The translations under genes and the position numbers were made by a program. The notes under the pieces were generated by a model that worked only from the letters and a program-made list of their open reading frames with translations, was not told the DNA's origin and searched no databases. From a virus (Duplodnaviria > Caudoviricetes), in the IMG/VR virus record IMGVR_UViG_3300021959_000041, positions 1 through 59,822 of that record: a stretch of DNA of 59,822 bases, one strand, 5' to 3'. This document shows, piece by piece, positions 27,605-38,800 of this stretch. The stretch's first letter is position 1. Each line of letters begins with the position of its first letter.

Positions 27605-28336
27605 TTAACTTGTTTCTGATTGTCCTCTAAACATCGATGTATAATCTATTGAAGGCTGTGGTGCTAATGATGAAACTCCGTCAAGTAATTCAAAACCTGA
27701 TGGCATATTTATATCTACGCCTAAACCAGGTGCTTGTCCTCCTATAAAACCACTAAATGGGTCAACTGGTGTTTCACCGCCTCCTTTTTTACCGTCTAGT
27801 AAACCTGATGTTGCTAGTCCTGAAAGACCTCCACTTAATTGACTAAACCCTTGCTGCATATTATAAGTACGCATCTTCATAGCATCTTGTGCTGCTTTTT
27901 GAGCTCCTGCTGCTTCAGCTAAATCTACAGAGGCTCTTGCTGAACCAAGTCTTGATTCTTCTTGAGCTACTAGCCTATCTAATTGTGACATCTCTTGCGC
28001 CATAGCTGCTCGTTGTCTAGCTAAGCCCGCTTGTTGTGCTTGTACAACTCTACCAGCTGTAGCTGCTGCGCCTCTTGGGTCTCCCTCAACTCCGGCTTGT
28101 AATGCACTTGCTCCTGCCTGTGCTAAAGCTTCTCTTTCTAATTCATAAGGTTCTTTTGCAATTGATAAACCTTTCATATAATTTACTGATAATTCTTTTT
28201 TAGCCTGAGCTGCCGCTACTGCCGCTGCATTTTGAGCTTTCTTCATTGCATCTCTCTGTTTCTTTGCTTCACCGAAACTAAATATAGAGCCAACAATTTG
28301 AACACCTGCCGCTGCTAATAATAAAGGGTTTGCCAT
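27605..28336 (-). CDS. putative small ejection (pilot) protein
   Basis: Hydrophobic Gly/Ala N-terminus followed by Ala/Gln coiled coil, typical of podovirus ejection proteins. Confidence 0.6.
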   Translation of the reverse strand: MANPLLLAAAGVQIVGSIFSFGEAKKQRDAMKKAQNAAAVAAAQAKKELSVNYMKGLSIAKEPYELEREALAQAGASALQAGVEGDPRGAAATAGRVVQAQQAGLARQRAAMAQEMSQLDRLVAQEESRLGSARASVDLAEAAGAQKAAQDAMKMRTYNMQQGFSQLSGGLSGLATSGLLDGKKGGGETPVDPFSGFIGGQAPGLGVDINMPSGFELLDGVSSLAPQPSIDYTSMFRGQSETS

Positions 28337-28369
28337 AATAAATTTTTATAATTACAAAGATACTAATTT

Positions 28370-30157
28370 TTACGGATAGCTTTTCATTACATCGCTCTCT
28401 ACTGCAAACAGTTCCGTAGCCTGAGTGTTGTAGTTTGTTATAGTAAATATACAATAATGTCCTAGTAAACCATGAGATTCAGCTTCAGAACTTTTTATAA
28501 ACATAATGTATGGGTCATTTAATGGAAAAGCTACAGTGTTTGCAGAGGTTGTACTTACAATTAATTCATTGATTCCGTTTTGTAAATCTACATTTATCTG
28601 AGTTACAATTCCACCATAAGAAACCTCAGTGTATTGAGGTAGAGAATGGTATACATAATCACCTATGCTTATAAAATTACCTATCGATACAAGTGGGTTT
28701 GTAGAAAAACTAAGAGTTGTTGTCCCTTGTGTGATAGCTACATTAGATGTTTTTCCGATACCATTAGCAGACCTCAGTGCATATTGCCCTTCAAGTGCTG
28801 GAACTTCTCCGCTTTGTCTAAGATATGCAAACCAAGCTCCTTCTTTTTTTTCAAACCAACCATCTTCCATAAAGCCATTTATTTGTATATCTGTTTCTAA
28901 ATAAGATTCCCAAGCATCATTAGATTCTAAGTTCAGTGTTTTAAATATTTTATTTTCCAGTGGGTTTTGATTAAACACACTTGTTATTTGTGAGTTATAT
29001 TGTTCTCCATAATAATTGTTTCTTTTTTCATTTACATTGTGCTGGTATAAATTACCTCCTTGAAATGTGTAAAAGAAATTATTCATCCCTATCATATACT
29101 CTGGTATATAAGAATAAAATGATGGCCAACCTTTAGAGTTTTCACTATAACTAACCGTCCATTCTGTTTTAACTGGAGATGGTATAGGAGGAACTACACT
29201 AGGTGGAGCTGGAGTTGGTGTTACAGGAGTTGGTGTGCCGGGTTCAGATGGGTTACAATCAGTGCTAAATCTTAAATTATTTTCTCCTAAAAAATATTGT
29301 CCGTTTGTAGACTCGGGATATAATGTTTGATAGCTTATTACTCCAAAATCTTGATTTACATTTAAGGTTATTGTTCCTGAATAAAAATCATAAGTGTTCC
29401 CATCTAATGCTGTAGCATTTCTTTCTAATTTTGTTCCAGTATAAGATATTTGATTTTCTTTTCCATTATTTAAAAAAGCTATAGGCCACTCTGAACTTAC
29501 ACCAGTTATTTGATATATTCCGGTGTTAACCTCATAATTACCCCACTCTCCATTTATAACATAATATCGTATTGTAACGTTTTCGAATTCTCCTATGGTT
29601 GCAGTACTACTAATAACCGTTAGAGAGTTTGTAAAACTTAAACAATACTGACCAGTTCCTGGAGATGGTGTTGGTGTCGGACTGGGTGATGGTGGTGGTG
29701 CTATAGCAGCATTACAAGTTGCACAATCTGCATACGTCGGTATGTTAGCAATATCTAAATAAGATATGTTAGTAGTGCTTACACCGTTTGTCCAACATAT
29801 AGATTGATATGCTAAATTGGATGGCCATGCTGTAAAACTTGAAGGCGCTCTAAATATTTGTTTTTGACTTGCTGCATTACAGTTTTCATATTCATAATAA
29901 CTATATCCTTCTATAGGTGTTGGGTCAGCCTCACCACACTTTGTTGAACAGTTTTTATTAAAATCATTTACAATACCATAAACAGATGTTTTTCTAATTT
30001 CAGAACCACGCTCTAAACAATATACGTGAATTTCATTTGCAGGAACTTTTATATTTATTTTATCACCACTATAACAAGTGACTACCCACGTACATTGACC
30101 ATTCTCGTCACCTATTTCGTCAATAGGACATGTAAAATTAAATTCAGCACCAGCCAT
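28370..30157 (-). CDS. tail protein: Cys-rich and Pro-rich N-terminus fused to a nozzle/stabilization C-terminal-like region
   Basis: PPPSPSPTPTPSP linkers; TVSYSENSKGWPSFYSY...GNLYQHN...KIFKTLNLES...EKKEGAWF...ELFAVES. Confidence 0.65.
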   Translation of the reverse strand: MAGAEFNFTCPIDEIGDENGQCTWVVTCYSGDKINIKVPANEIHVYCLERGSEIRKTSVYGIVNDFNKNCSTKCGEADPTPIEGYSYYEYENCNAASQKQIFRAPSSFTAWPSNLAYQSICWTNGVSTTNISYLDIANIPTYADCATCNAAIAPPPSPSPTPTPSPGTGQYCLSFTNSLTVISSTATIGEFENVTIRYYVINGEWGNYEVNTGIYQITGVSSEWPIAFLNNGKENQISYTGTKLERNATALDGNTYDFYSGTITLNVNQDFGVISYQTLYPESTNGQYFLGENNLRFSTDCNPSEPGTPTPVTPTPAPPSVVPPIPSPVKTEWTVSYSENSKGWPSFYSYIPEYMIGMNNFFYTFQGGNLYQHNVNEKRNNYYGEQYNSQITSVFNQNPLENKIFKTLNLESNDAWESYLETDIQINGFMEDGWFEKKEGAWFAYLRQSGEVPALEGQYALRSANGIGKTSNVAITQGTTTLSFSTNPLVSIGNFISIGDYVYHSLPQYTEVSYGGIVTQINVDLQNGINELIVSTTSANTVAFPLNDPYIMFIKSSEAESHGLLGHYCIFTITNYNTQATELFAVESDVMKSYP

Positions 30158-30200
30158 AAAGAGATTATTTGTTTACAAATTTACGAATTATTTAGCTTTG

Positions 30201-31040
30201 TTATTTTATATAGGTATTTATAAAAGCATTATAATCTTTAATCCAATTTTCAGCTGACCTTTTAGAACAATTTAAATTTTTAGCATCTGGCCAAAAGTTT
30301 TGTTTAATTTTTTTTGGTCTATTTAATTCTCTATAATTATCTACTCCAGAAACAAAATATTTATGCCATATTAAATTTTCACTAGGAGCATATATGTCTA
30401 CGCCACATTGATATAGAAGTAAACTATAAAGTTCTTGCTCGCATGTACCATAATATTTATAATCATCTACAGTTAAATGTTTTACTATATCACCTTTACA
30501 AAACATGTTACCTCCAGATATATTCATAATTTTTTCATTTTTATTTTGTGCTAATTTTTGGTGGTGTGGACCTATAAAATTTCCAACAAATGGAATTTCA
30601 TTAGGTATATAAATAGAAGATAAATTTCTTTTACTATAAACTTCATAAAGTTCATTGAAGTGATACTCTCTTGGAAAACCGCTAATTACGCTTTTATTTG
30701 GCGTTTCTTTCAACATATTTATATACTCAACGTCCCAACCATTTTTAAATCTACTATGACTATCAACTAATAAAAAATAATCTTGATTATTATATAATTC
30801 TTTCATTATAATATTTCTAGCCCAGCCGCATCCTTCTGCATATTCAGGAAGCACATGTTTTATTGAAATATTTTTGATGTTAAACTGTGATAAAAAACTA
30901 TTAAAAACTAAATATGAATCCTGAATTAAAACCCCTACGTAAACCTGATTTGGACTAGTAGCTCTTTTATATAAATCAGTTACAGTGGGAAATAATTCAG
31001 AATCTTTAAATGAAGCTATGCTTACAAATATTGATTCCAT
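30201..31040 (-). CDS. Gnt1/GT60-like (Skp1-hydroxyproline GlcNAc transferase-like) glycosyltransferase
   Basis: IFVSIASFKDSEL, VYVGVLIQ, AEGCGWAR, YFLLVDSHSRF..GWD, EQ...SL, IWHKY. Confidence 0.78.
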   Translation of the reverse strand: MESIFVSIASFKDSELFPTVTDLYKRATSPNQVYVGVLIQDSYLVFNSFLSQFNIKNISIKHVLPEYAEGCGWARNIIMKELYNNQDYFLLVDSHSRFKNGWDVEYINMLKETPNKSVISGFPREYHFNELYEVYSKRNLSSIYIPNEIPFVGNFIGPHHQKLAQNKNEKIMNISGGNMFCKGDIVKHLTVDDYKYYGTCEQELYSLLLYQCGVDIYAPSENLIWHKYFVSGVDNYRELNRPKKIKQNFWPDAKNLNCSKRSAENWIKDYNAFINTYIK

Positions 31041-31041
31041 G

Positions 31042-31944
31042 TTATTTTATAATTGCAGAAGAGCACTCTTTACATATAGAATTGAATGCTTTTTTATTAA
31101 CTAAATCTCTTTCTTTTGAGAACCATATTTCTTTTATTGTCTTATGTTTTAAGTTACCATAGCTATACTCCATATAATAATCATTACAACATAAAAAAAC
31201 ATCACCTTTTGGAGATATATGCAACCACTCTGTATCCCTTTTAACACTACAACCAATTACTTCTCCTTCAGGTATATTATTAAGCATGACATCTTTTAAC
31301 AAACCTGCTCTATCTATTAAGTTCCATTGCTCATATATTTTAATTGATGGAAATAATTTTTTGGCAATAGCAACCTGGTTTTGCATTTCATTTTTTTCTA
31401 AATCTGGAAAATTTTTTAGTTTAATTATATTTGAATGTTCGTTTATACCGTTTATATGTAGTAATAACAAATTAGGGTTATATAAATTATTTGAAGCATA
31501 ATCTATGTTTCTAATTAGTTTGTCAAACATAACCTCTTTCATTCCAGTTCTTTTTTCAAATAATCTTTTTTCATAAACAGGAGCATTGATTGCTATCATA
31601 CTAACAGCAGGTTGATGTTTGTTAATTAAGTCAATTTTTTTAGGCGTGAGAGGAACTCCATTTGTTAATATACATATTGTCAATTTGTTTTTATTTAATA
31701 TTTTAAGCATAGACTCGAAGTGTTTGTACAACAATACTTCATTATAATGAGAACAATAAATAAAATGCAGGTTTGGGTTTATTAAATCTCCTTTTAAATT
31801 TACAATTTCAGATATAATTTTATCAAACAAATTTATATCCATTTGATTAATTTGATTTTTAGGATTCCCTAAAGTGCTTACTGGACAAAACCAACAGCCT
31901 GCATTACATAAACCATTTGGGTCTAACTGTATGAAATTTATCAT
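31042..31944 (-). CDS. radical SAM enzyme with SPASM/Twitch domain
   Basis: CNAGCWFC (CX3CX2C), LTNG; C-terminal GC...LHISPKGDVFLCCND...GNL...IKEIW...CKEC. Confidence 0.9.
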   Translation of the reverse strand: MINFIQLDPNGLCNAGCWFCPVSTLGNPKNQINQMDINLFDKIISEIVNLKGDLINPNLHFIYCSHYNEVLLYKHFESMLKILNKNKLTICILTNGVPLTPKKIDLINKHQPAVSMIAINAPVYEKRLFEKRTGMKEVMFDKLIRNIDYASNNLYNPNLLLLHINGINEHSNIIKLKNFPDLEKNEMQNQVAIAKKLFPSIKIYEQWNLIDRAGLLKDVMLNNIPEGEVIGCSVKRDTEWLHISPKGDVFLCCNDYYMEYSYGNLKHKTIKEIWFSKERDLVNKKAFNSICKECSSAIIK

Positions 31945-31946
31945 TG

Positions 31947-33179
31947 TTAATTGTACTTATAATGAACATCAAGAGTTCTGTAAGAATTACCTTCTAAAGG
32001 TTCTTTTCTACCGTGTTCACAAATTGCAGATTCATATATTATCATGTCACCAGGTTCTGCATATATTTTATACCATTCACCGTCATGACCCATTATATCT
32101 AAAGGCCAATCGTTTCCATATTTTTTATTTTGACATCCACATTTTAAATTTTTATCTACAATTATTATAGAGCTTACGTGATTAGATTTAAAATCTTCAT
32201 AAGTAGGAGTTATTGTTTCTCCTTTTTGATATGAATTTATACCTTGTATTAATGAAGGTTTTATTGGTTGATTGTTTATCCATTCTTTATGGACTAATAG
32301 TAATTGAGTTTGTATTAATTTTTTTATTGAAGGTAAAACGTCAAGTGAAAACATATTTACGCTTTCTTCTTTTTCTTTTAATAATTTATATGTGTCATTA
32401 ATTATATTCCACGTTTCAGGCGGACATTTTTGCAATGCAAAACCAAGGTCAGTGTGTTTGGGAATTTGCTCTTTAGATGTAAAAACTTTTGGCTCTAATT
32501 TAGAGACAGGTTTTTTTTCTTGTTTTATTAATTCTGATGCTTTTACAACATAAGATTTATTAATAAATTCTCCTTCTTCTTTTTGTTGTTTTTGAGAATC
32601 ATAATACAATTGTGCATCCCCTGCTCCATCCCAAGATTTTTCTCTCCACCATGATGTAACAACATATTTTTTACCCTCATCTACTGTAACGCCTTCATGC
32701 AAATATTGTTCTTGAACTTTTCCGTCTTTTAGATTATGCCACCATAAAGCTTTACCTGTCTCAGGCTCTATTGTTTTTTGTAGTGTTGGAAAATATGTGC
32801 CCCCACCTTTGTACCCCTCGTTTAAATAAATCATTAAAGTGTGTGTTCTATTACCTGATGCTTTACAGTGCATGTCGTAAGCAGGCCCACTAAAAAAATC
32901 ATTGTGTGGTTTGAAGTATTGACCTGGTTCATAGAGCTGTCCCTGTATAGCTTCTCCTTTATTTAATTCTAATCCTAAAGTTTCAGATATTCTTTTTTTT
33001 AAATTTAACAAAATTGGGTTTGTCATATCTAAATTAGAAGTGCTTGAAGTTCTGTGGTCAGTAACATCAGTTCTATCTGTACCTCCAACAACAACAGATG
33101 AACGAGTATGATTGGCGTCAATCATTTTAATTAATTCTTGACATTCCTCAGGTGTGATATAATTATGTATTTCCTCCAT
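31947..33179 (-). CDS. prolyl 4-hydroxylase (2OG-Fe(II)) fused to a second, degenerate 2OG-Fe(II)-like domain
   Basis: RTSS, YEPGQYFKPHNDFF (HxD), TLMIYLN, GGGTYFP, LHEG, GKKY (2OG-binding Lys); second domain PGDMIIYES...HGR. Confidence 0.88.
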   Translation of the reverse strand: MEEIHNYITPEECQELIKMIDANHTRSSVVVGGTDRTDVTDHRTSSTSNLDMTNPILLNLKKRISETLGLELNKGEAIQGQLYEPGQYFKPHNDFFSGPAYDMHCKASGNRTHTLMIYLNEGYKGGGTYFPTLQKTIEPETGKALWWHNLKDGKVQEQYLHEGVTVDEGKKYVVTSWWREKSWDGAGDAQLYYDSQKQQKEEGEFINKSYVVKASELIKQEKKPVSKLEPKVFTSKEQIPKHTDLGFALQKCPPETWNIINDTYKLLKEKEESVNMFSLDVLPSIKKLIQTQLLLVHKEWINNQPIKPSLIQGINSYQKGETITPTYEDFKSNHVSSIIIVDKNLKCGCQNKKYGNDWPLDIMGHDGEWYKIYAEPGDMIIYESAICEHGRKEPLEGNSYRTLDVHYKYN

Positions 33180-33232
33180 TTGATTTGATTTAATTTCAAA
33201 TAAAGTTAATCATAATTATTTAAAATGAAAAA

Positions 33233-35836
33233 CTATGGACAATTAGTAACAGTACACGATAATGTAAATGATGAACCATTCCAGTATCTATAGAAACTTC
33301 CGTTGTTATAATAACCTGCTAATGCAGCTCTATCACAATTTGGAGTTCTGTATAAAAGTGTTGCAGTACAGAAATCAGTTGTATTCATAAAGTATCCAAT
33401 GCTCAAACTACAAGTAAAGCTTGGAACAGGCGATGGACCACTCTGACTTATATACTCTAAGCTTACCGCATTACACGCAGGTGTTGGAGTCGGTGTTGGA
33501 GTAGGCGTTGGTGTTGGACTCGGTGTAGCTTGACAATCAAAACATAGATTAAATGACGCATACGCTAAGTACGAACCATCAGTACCACTTCCAGCGTTTG
33601 TGTCAAATTCAAAACATATCGACCCACTTTTTAACACATTAGGGAATGTAGTGCCAAATGGTGCGCTTACGTCTAATAAGTTACTAGGGTCGTTACAATC
33701 TAAATACCTTCCATATATTGTGCTCGGAGGAGTCGGTGTTGGACTCGGTGTTGGAGTCGGTGTTGGAGTAGGCGTTCCAGAACATCCAGATAACCCCGAA
33801 CAACTATTACTTACTACATCAAGTACACCTTGACAATTGTGATATCCTATATTAACAGCCGTAACTTCATAACATTGAGATGTATCAAACGTTGGACATC
33901 CACCAGTTGTACCACCAGAACTTATTTTAATACCTAATCCTATAACCAAACTATTGCTTCCTGTTATCTCAACGTGATATGTAGGGCTTGTTGTACCACA
34001 AGCAACTATCGATATTTCTTGAGTCGCAGGTGCTGGAGTAGGCGTTGGACTTGGGCTAGGCGTTGTTGCACAAGTCGTTATAGCCTGGACAGCACCGGTA
34101 GAAAGAATTAAATATTTATCATTTGAAGGTTGAGGTAAATATCCTAATTGATTAGAAATACTATACCATTCTAACCCTCCATTAAATACTGTTGTTTTAG
34201 AAGAGTTAGCGTATAAAGTGTCTCCAACAATAATTTGACCTACAGTTGCTCTATTAGAGAACACAAAGTTATTAGTTCTATGGTTACAAGCATCTGCTTC
34301 AATATATCCTTGTTGTGGCAATGCATTAATAAAGAATGAAGGGTTTTCACAATCATAACAATTATTAAAGCTTGATAAAGACTCTACGCTTATAGTTGAT
34401 GTTGCAGTTGTTGATACTGGGTTTGAGTAACAAATATTGTTATGTTTTATAAAGCCAGGGAAACTTGCTGTTGTGCTAAGTTTTCTAAATACTGCTGTAG
34501 TTGATGTTTGACATTCCGTATAAGTTGCATAATTATAAGTTGGAACTGCTCCACAGCCCGAACAACTACTAAATGTAGAATTTAATACAACAGACGAATC
34601 ATAGGATGTTGCTGCGTTATCTATAATTTCCCAACAAGTTGTACCAGTAAACTCTGGGTTTGGTGCGCTAGCTGCGCCCGTTATTTGTATTACAATACCA
34701 TTAGCTAAAGTTGGCGCTGTTAAACCTGTTACTCTTACTTTGTAAGTTGGAGTCGTAGTGAAACATTGTCTTATTTCAACATCTTGGAATGTAGGAGCTG
34801 GGCTAGGTGTTGGGCTAGGTGTTGGAGGCATACAGTCTATAATTGTATCAACAACACCAAGTGAGCTAATAAGTAAAGCATATCCACTATCTAAGTTTGG
34901 ATAATGACTATTTACGTTTGTTACACCATAAAAACTTAATCCTCCATTCCAAACATTAGTTAGACCTGAATTAGTGTAAATTATATCGTTTACCTGTATC
35001 GAAGCTACATCAGCTCTTGATGTGTACATGCTGTTAGTAGCTTGTGCGGCACACGCAGTAGATGAGTTTCCGACTCCATTACCTACTGTATACGTAGAGA
35101 ATATTTGTGTTCCAGGAGCTGGAGTTGGACTAGGCGTTGGACTTGGAGTTGGACTTGGAGTTGGACTTGGGCTAGGCGTTGTACCTAGACATGTAGCACA
35201 ATCTACATAAGAAGCAGTAATATCATTAGTGCTGGTAGAGCCAGTTGCAGAAGGAGAAGAGTAACAAAGATTGTTATCTTTTACAACCGCTGGGAACGAG
35301 CCACCAGAGACTAATCTAAATATTTTAGGAGTTGAACCACCACATAAAACATACTCTCTATAGTCATAACTAATAGGTGTCGGTGTTGGCGATGGACTAG
35401 GAGTTGGACTTGGAGATGGAGTAGGCGTAGGGGTAGAGCCACACTCAGTACAATTATTATAACTTACTAAACCATTTACATTTATAGTAGATGTTGAACC
35501 TGTAGCTTGTGGATTATCATAACAAATTGAATTATAAGATACAGTTTGTGGAAAAGTTCCTCCTTGAACTATTCTAAATACTTCATTAGGACTTACACCA
35601 TCACAAGCTGTATAAACTCTATAGTCATAAGCAATAGGTGTTGGAGAAGGGGTAGGTGTTCCACAATTTGGACAATCATCTTCAGCAAACAACACACCAG
35701 AAGCTTGCTGCCTTACAATTGACTGGTCAGAATACCATCCATCAGGAGCAAAAGAAGATAGGTCAGCATCCGTGAACAATGCAGTAGCAGTTGAAAAACT
35801 TGCTGAGCTATAATAATATGTTCCTGTTGTTGCCAT
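33233..35836 (-). CDS. modular Cys-rich virion protein with (Thr/Ser-Pro)n linkers, 867 aa
   Basis: Repeated Y..C...ICY...C..C modules separated by PTPSPTP runs; lies in the tail gene block. Confidence 0.75.
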   Translation of the reverse strand: MATTGTYYYSSASFSTATALFTDADLSSFAPDGWYSDQSIVRQQASGVLFAEDDCPNCGTPTPSPTPIAYDYRVYTACDGVSPNEVFRIVQGGTFPQTVSYNSICYDNPQATGSTSTINVNGLVSYNNCTECGSTPTPTPSPSPTPSPSPTPTPISYDYREYVLCGGSTPKIFRLVSGGSFPAVVKDNNLCYSSPSATGSTSTNDITASYVDCATCLGTTPSPSPTPSPTPSPTPSPTPAPGTQIFSTYTVGNGVGNSSTACAAQATNSMYTSRADVASIQVNDIIYTNSGLTNVWNGGLSFYGVTNVNSHYPNLDSGYALLISSLGVVDTIIDCMPPTPSPTPSPAPTFQDVEIRQCFTTTPTYKVRVTGLTAPTLANGIVIQITGAASAPNPEFTGTTCWEIIDNAATSYDSSVVLNSTFSSCSGCGAVPTYNYATYTECQTSTTAVFRKLSTTASFPGFIKHNNICYSNPVSTTATSTISVESLSSFNNCYDCENPSFFINALPQQGYIEADACNHRTNNFVFSNRATVGQIIVGDTLYANSSKTTVFNGGLEWYSISNQLGYLPQPSNDKYLILSTGAVQAITTCATTPSPSPTPTPAPATQEISIVACGTTSPTYHVEITGSNSLVIGLGIKISSGGTTGGCPTFDTSQCYEVTAVNIGYHNCQGVLDVVSNSCSGLSGCSGTPTPTPTPTPSPTPTPPSTIYGRYLDCNDPSNLLDVSAPFGTTFPNVLKSGSICFEFDTNAGSGTDGSYLAYASFNLCFDCQATPSPTPTPTPTPTPTPACNAVSLEYISQSGPSPVPSFTCSLSIGYFMNTTDFCTATLLYRTPNCDRAALAGYYNNGSFYRYWNGSSFTLSCTVTNCP

Positions 35837-35860
35837 TTATAATTTTACAAAGTTAACCAT

Positions 35861-38800
35861 TTATGTTGAACATCTTGAATCTCCACATCCTGCTACTTGA
35901 ACAATTACTTCACCGTTTTGTCCACTGCCTCCTACATCATATAAAGATACACATCCTATTATTGAGCCAAATTGATATTGAACCTCATCTCCAACAACAA
36001 TACCTAGTGTTTGGTTTGCTTTCACATACACTGCTTGCAGACTAACACAATCAATTCCTAAGAAATAATCATATACCGGTGCTGGACTTGGAGTTGGACT
36101 TGGAGTTGGACTTGGAGTTGGACTTGGTGTAAACGTACAATTACAACACGCATCTAATAAACTTGTTGAAGAATAACACAATTCTTGACCTACTGCATTT
36201 CTTAAATCATATATCAAATATAATTTGTTTCCGTTGGCCGGTAAACCAAATTCAGCGCTATATAAATTAGGAGCGCCAGTAGTGTTTATTGGAGTAGCTT
36301 TTATTGACGCCGCTAATAAAATACTTATATCAGTTGGATTATTTTCATATAAAGCATCAGTTCTTAAATATCTAAACTCATTTTCTATTGGGTCGAATTG
36401 GAAATCATCAAAATTAATTTTGTTAGACCTCATTATAATGGTTGAACCATCAGGCGGTATAACACCTAAAGCTTGAGGGCCTTCAAGCTCTCTATATTGT
36501 GAAACTATTGGGTCACTAGGGCTAGCTAAAAAAGTAACTAAATCTGATTGTGTTGGTGAGGTAACAGTTAAATTTGTCCAACTAAATTCAGTGTGTGAAA
36601 ACTGGCCAGAGTTAGCGTTTGTAGTAAGCGTAACACTATAAACACTAAACACTTCTTCTTCTGGACACTTTACAGTAACTTGAATTGTATCATTTACTAT
36701 TGCATCCGAAGAAATAATCATAACAACTTCTGTAGGCGTTGGATTTGGTTTTGGAAACCTTAAAGTTCCACTTTGATAAACAATACCTGTAGTGTATGTA
36801 ACACCATCATATATTGCTTGAACTATATACCCTGTACCCGTCACTTGACCTTCCGTTTCTAAATCTAATCCTGCTTCTGAAACCATTTGCTGTTCCGTCC
36901 CTTCTGTTACAATTAAATCTGTGTTCTCAAAAGGAATTACATAATCTATCTCTACATAATTAAGATTTGATGGAGGGCCTACAGTTTCACCTAACTCCAC
37001 ACAATAAACAAATTCTTGTCCAGCAACAATAGTTATATTTTTAGTAACACCACATGCAGTACATAACTCTGTTTCCGGCTTTACAATTGTATTAGTTGTA
37101 AAAACATACTCTTGCATATAAGGGTCATATCCACCTAATTTTTGTGTTGATGAAGCCTCAGCAAATAAATCTCTAAACCAACTTCTCATACCTTCATTAG
37201 ATATAACCGTCAGAATTTCATTTTGAGCTGAACTACCAGTTAATTTAATAACCACATTTCTTTTAGCATCTGTAAAAAATTTGTTTTGTCCAAAAGTTGC
37301 AAAACTTTCTGGGTGATTACTTATACCATACTCTTCAATCCTAGCTATTTGTGTTCCTAAAACTTGAGGCACTGAGGTTACAACCCCGCCCCCTGTAGAA
37401 TCTGAGAGTAAGTTTTTCCCCGCTAACACATAAGATATTTTATCTTCTTGAAGTACAAGAATATCTGTTTCTCTTGCAAACAATATTTCTACATCTCCAT
37501 ACGTTTCTTCTAATGGTTTAAAGTTAGCAAGACCTAAATTAAATTCATTTAACCTATTTACATTTGATTCATCATTAAACACTCCACTATAAGTAATATC
37601 AGCAAATCTGTGAGCAGCTTTAAACTCTTCATTAGATGTTGTAAAAACTCTGTTCCCTAAATTAAAAGACTTACCTTTTATTGAATCTCTAATTCTATAA
37701 CTTTCTACACCATTACCAAAACTATAACAGTTTGTAAAACCAGGTTTTATAAGAGCTGGCTGACTAGAGGTTTGGTTTTGAACGTTTCCTAAATGCAGAC
37801 CATTACTAATATTGAATGATTTACTATTTTCATACCATGCGTCTGGTAACGCATCTTGAGGCTCTGTTTCAAAAACATAAGTTGCACCATCACCTCTGTA
37901 TACGGTAAATGAAACTTCAAGCATAGATTCTTCGTTTTCTGTTTTACCCGCAGAGTAAGAACCTGATACTAAAAGAAAAATTAAATTGTTTCCATTTGAA
38001 TCTTGAGTACTTGTGTCTTCGTAAATTCTATAATAAAAATTATCATTAAAATCTAATGATGAAGGTGTACCTCCTCCAAATAAATTATTTCCTCTTAAAT
38101 CAGAATCTTGTTTACAAGCGCTATGTATAATTTCATTAGCTGCAACGCCTAAAGGAGCAGCTCCATTGTTAACTTGAGGTGAAATAAAAGTATTTTCTAT
38201 CGTTTGAACCTGACCTGGATTTTTAACACCACTATCTAATATACTAGCAACGTTATCTCCAATAAACCAATTAGCCATATTGGTGTAATTAGTAGATGCA
38301 GTAAGCGTTTGTTCTAGTGTATAATTTCTTCTTCCATCTGCTCCTGTTCCAGTACCATTTCTTCTCATCTCAACCCTCATAACTATTCTACTTCCAACTG
38401 GCACATCATACACATCATAAGTAGGAGTTAGTGGAGATGGTCTATTTACAGTTGTAAAAAAAGGAAAAGCTATAGTAGGTATCTCTCCATCTGTTCTACA
38501 GGTTCGTTCCACAGGGTCAACAGCAATAACAGCATTAGGGTCTTGTATAGATGAAAAATTAGATGCGTTTATTTTCATATACACCCCACCTATCACATCT
38601 ACTTGAGTTCCTGATGCGTCATAAATAGATATAAATCCACTTGACTGAGCTTCTTTCTCTAACACCGTAGTTCTTATACACCTAGATGTTGGCCCAGTGT
38701 TATCTGCTTTTACAATTAAAGTGTCTCCCGCTTCTACTTTAGAAGCATTTTCTCCATCTAATAGAAAGTAACTTGAATTTGAAACTGTATCTCTATAAGC

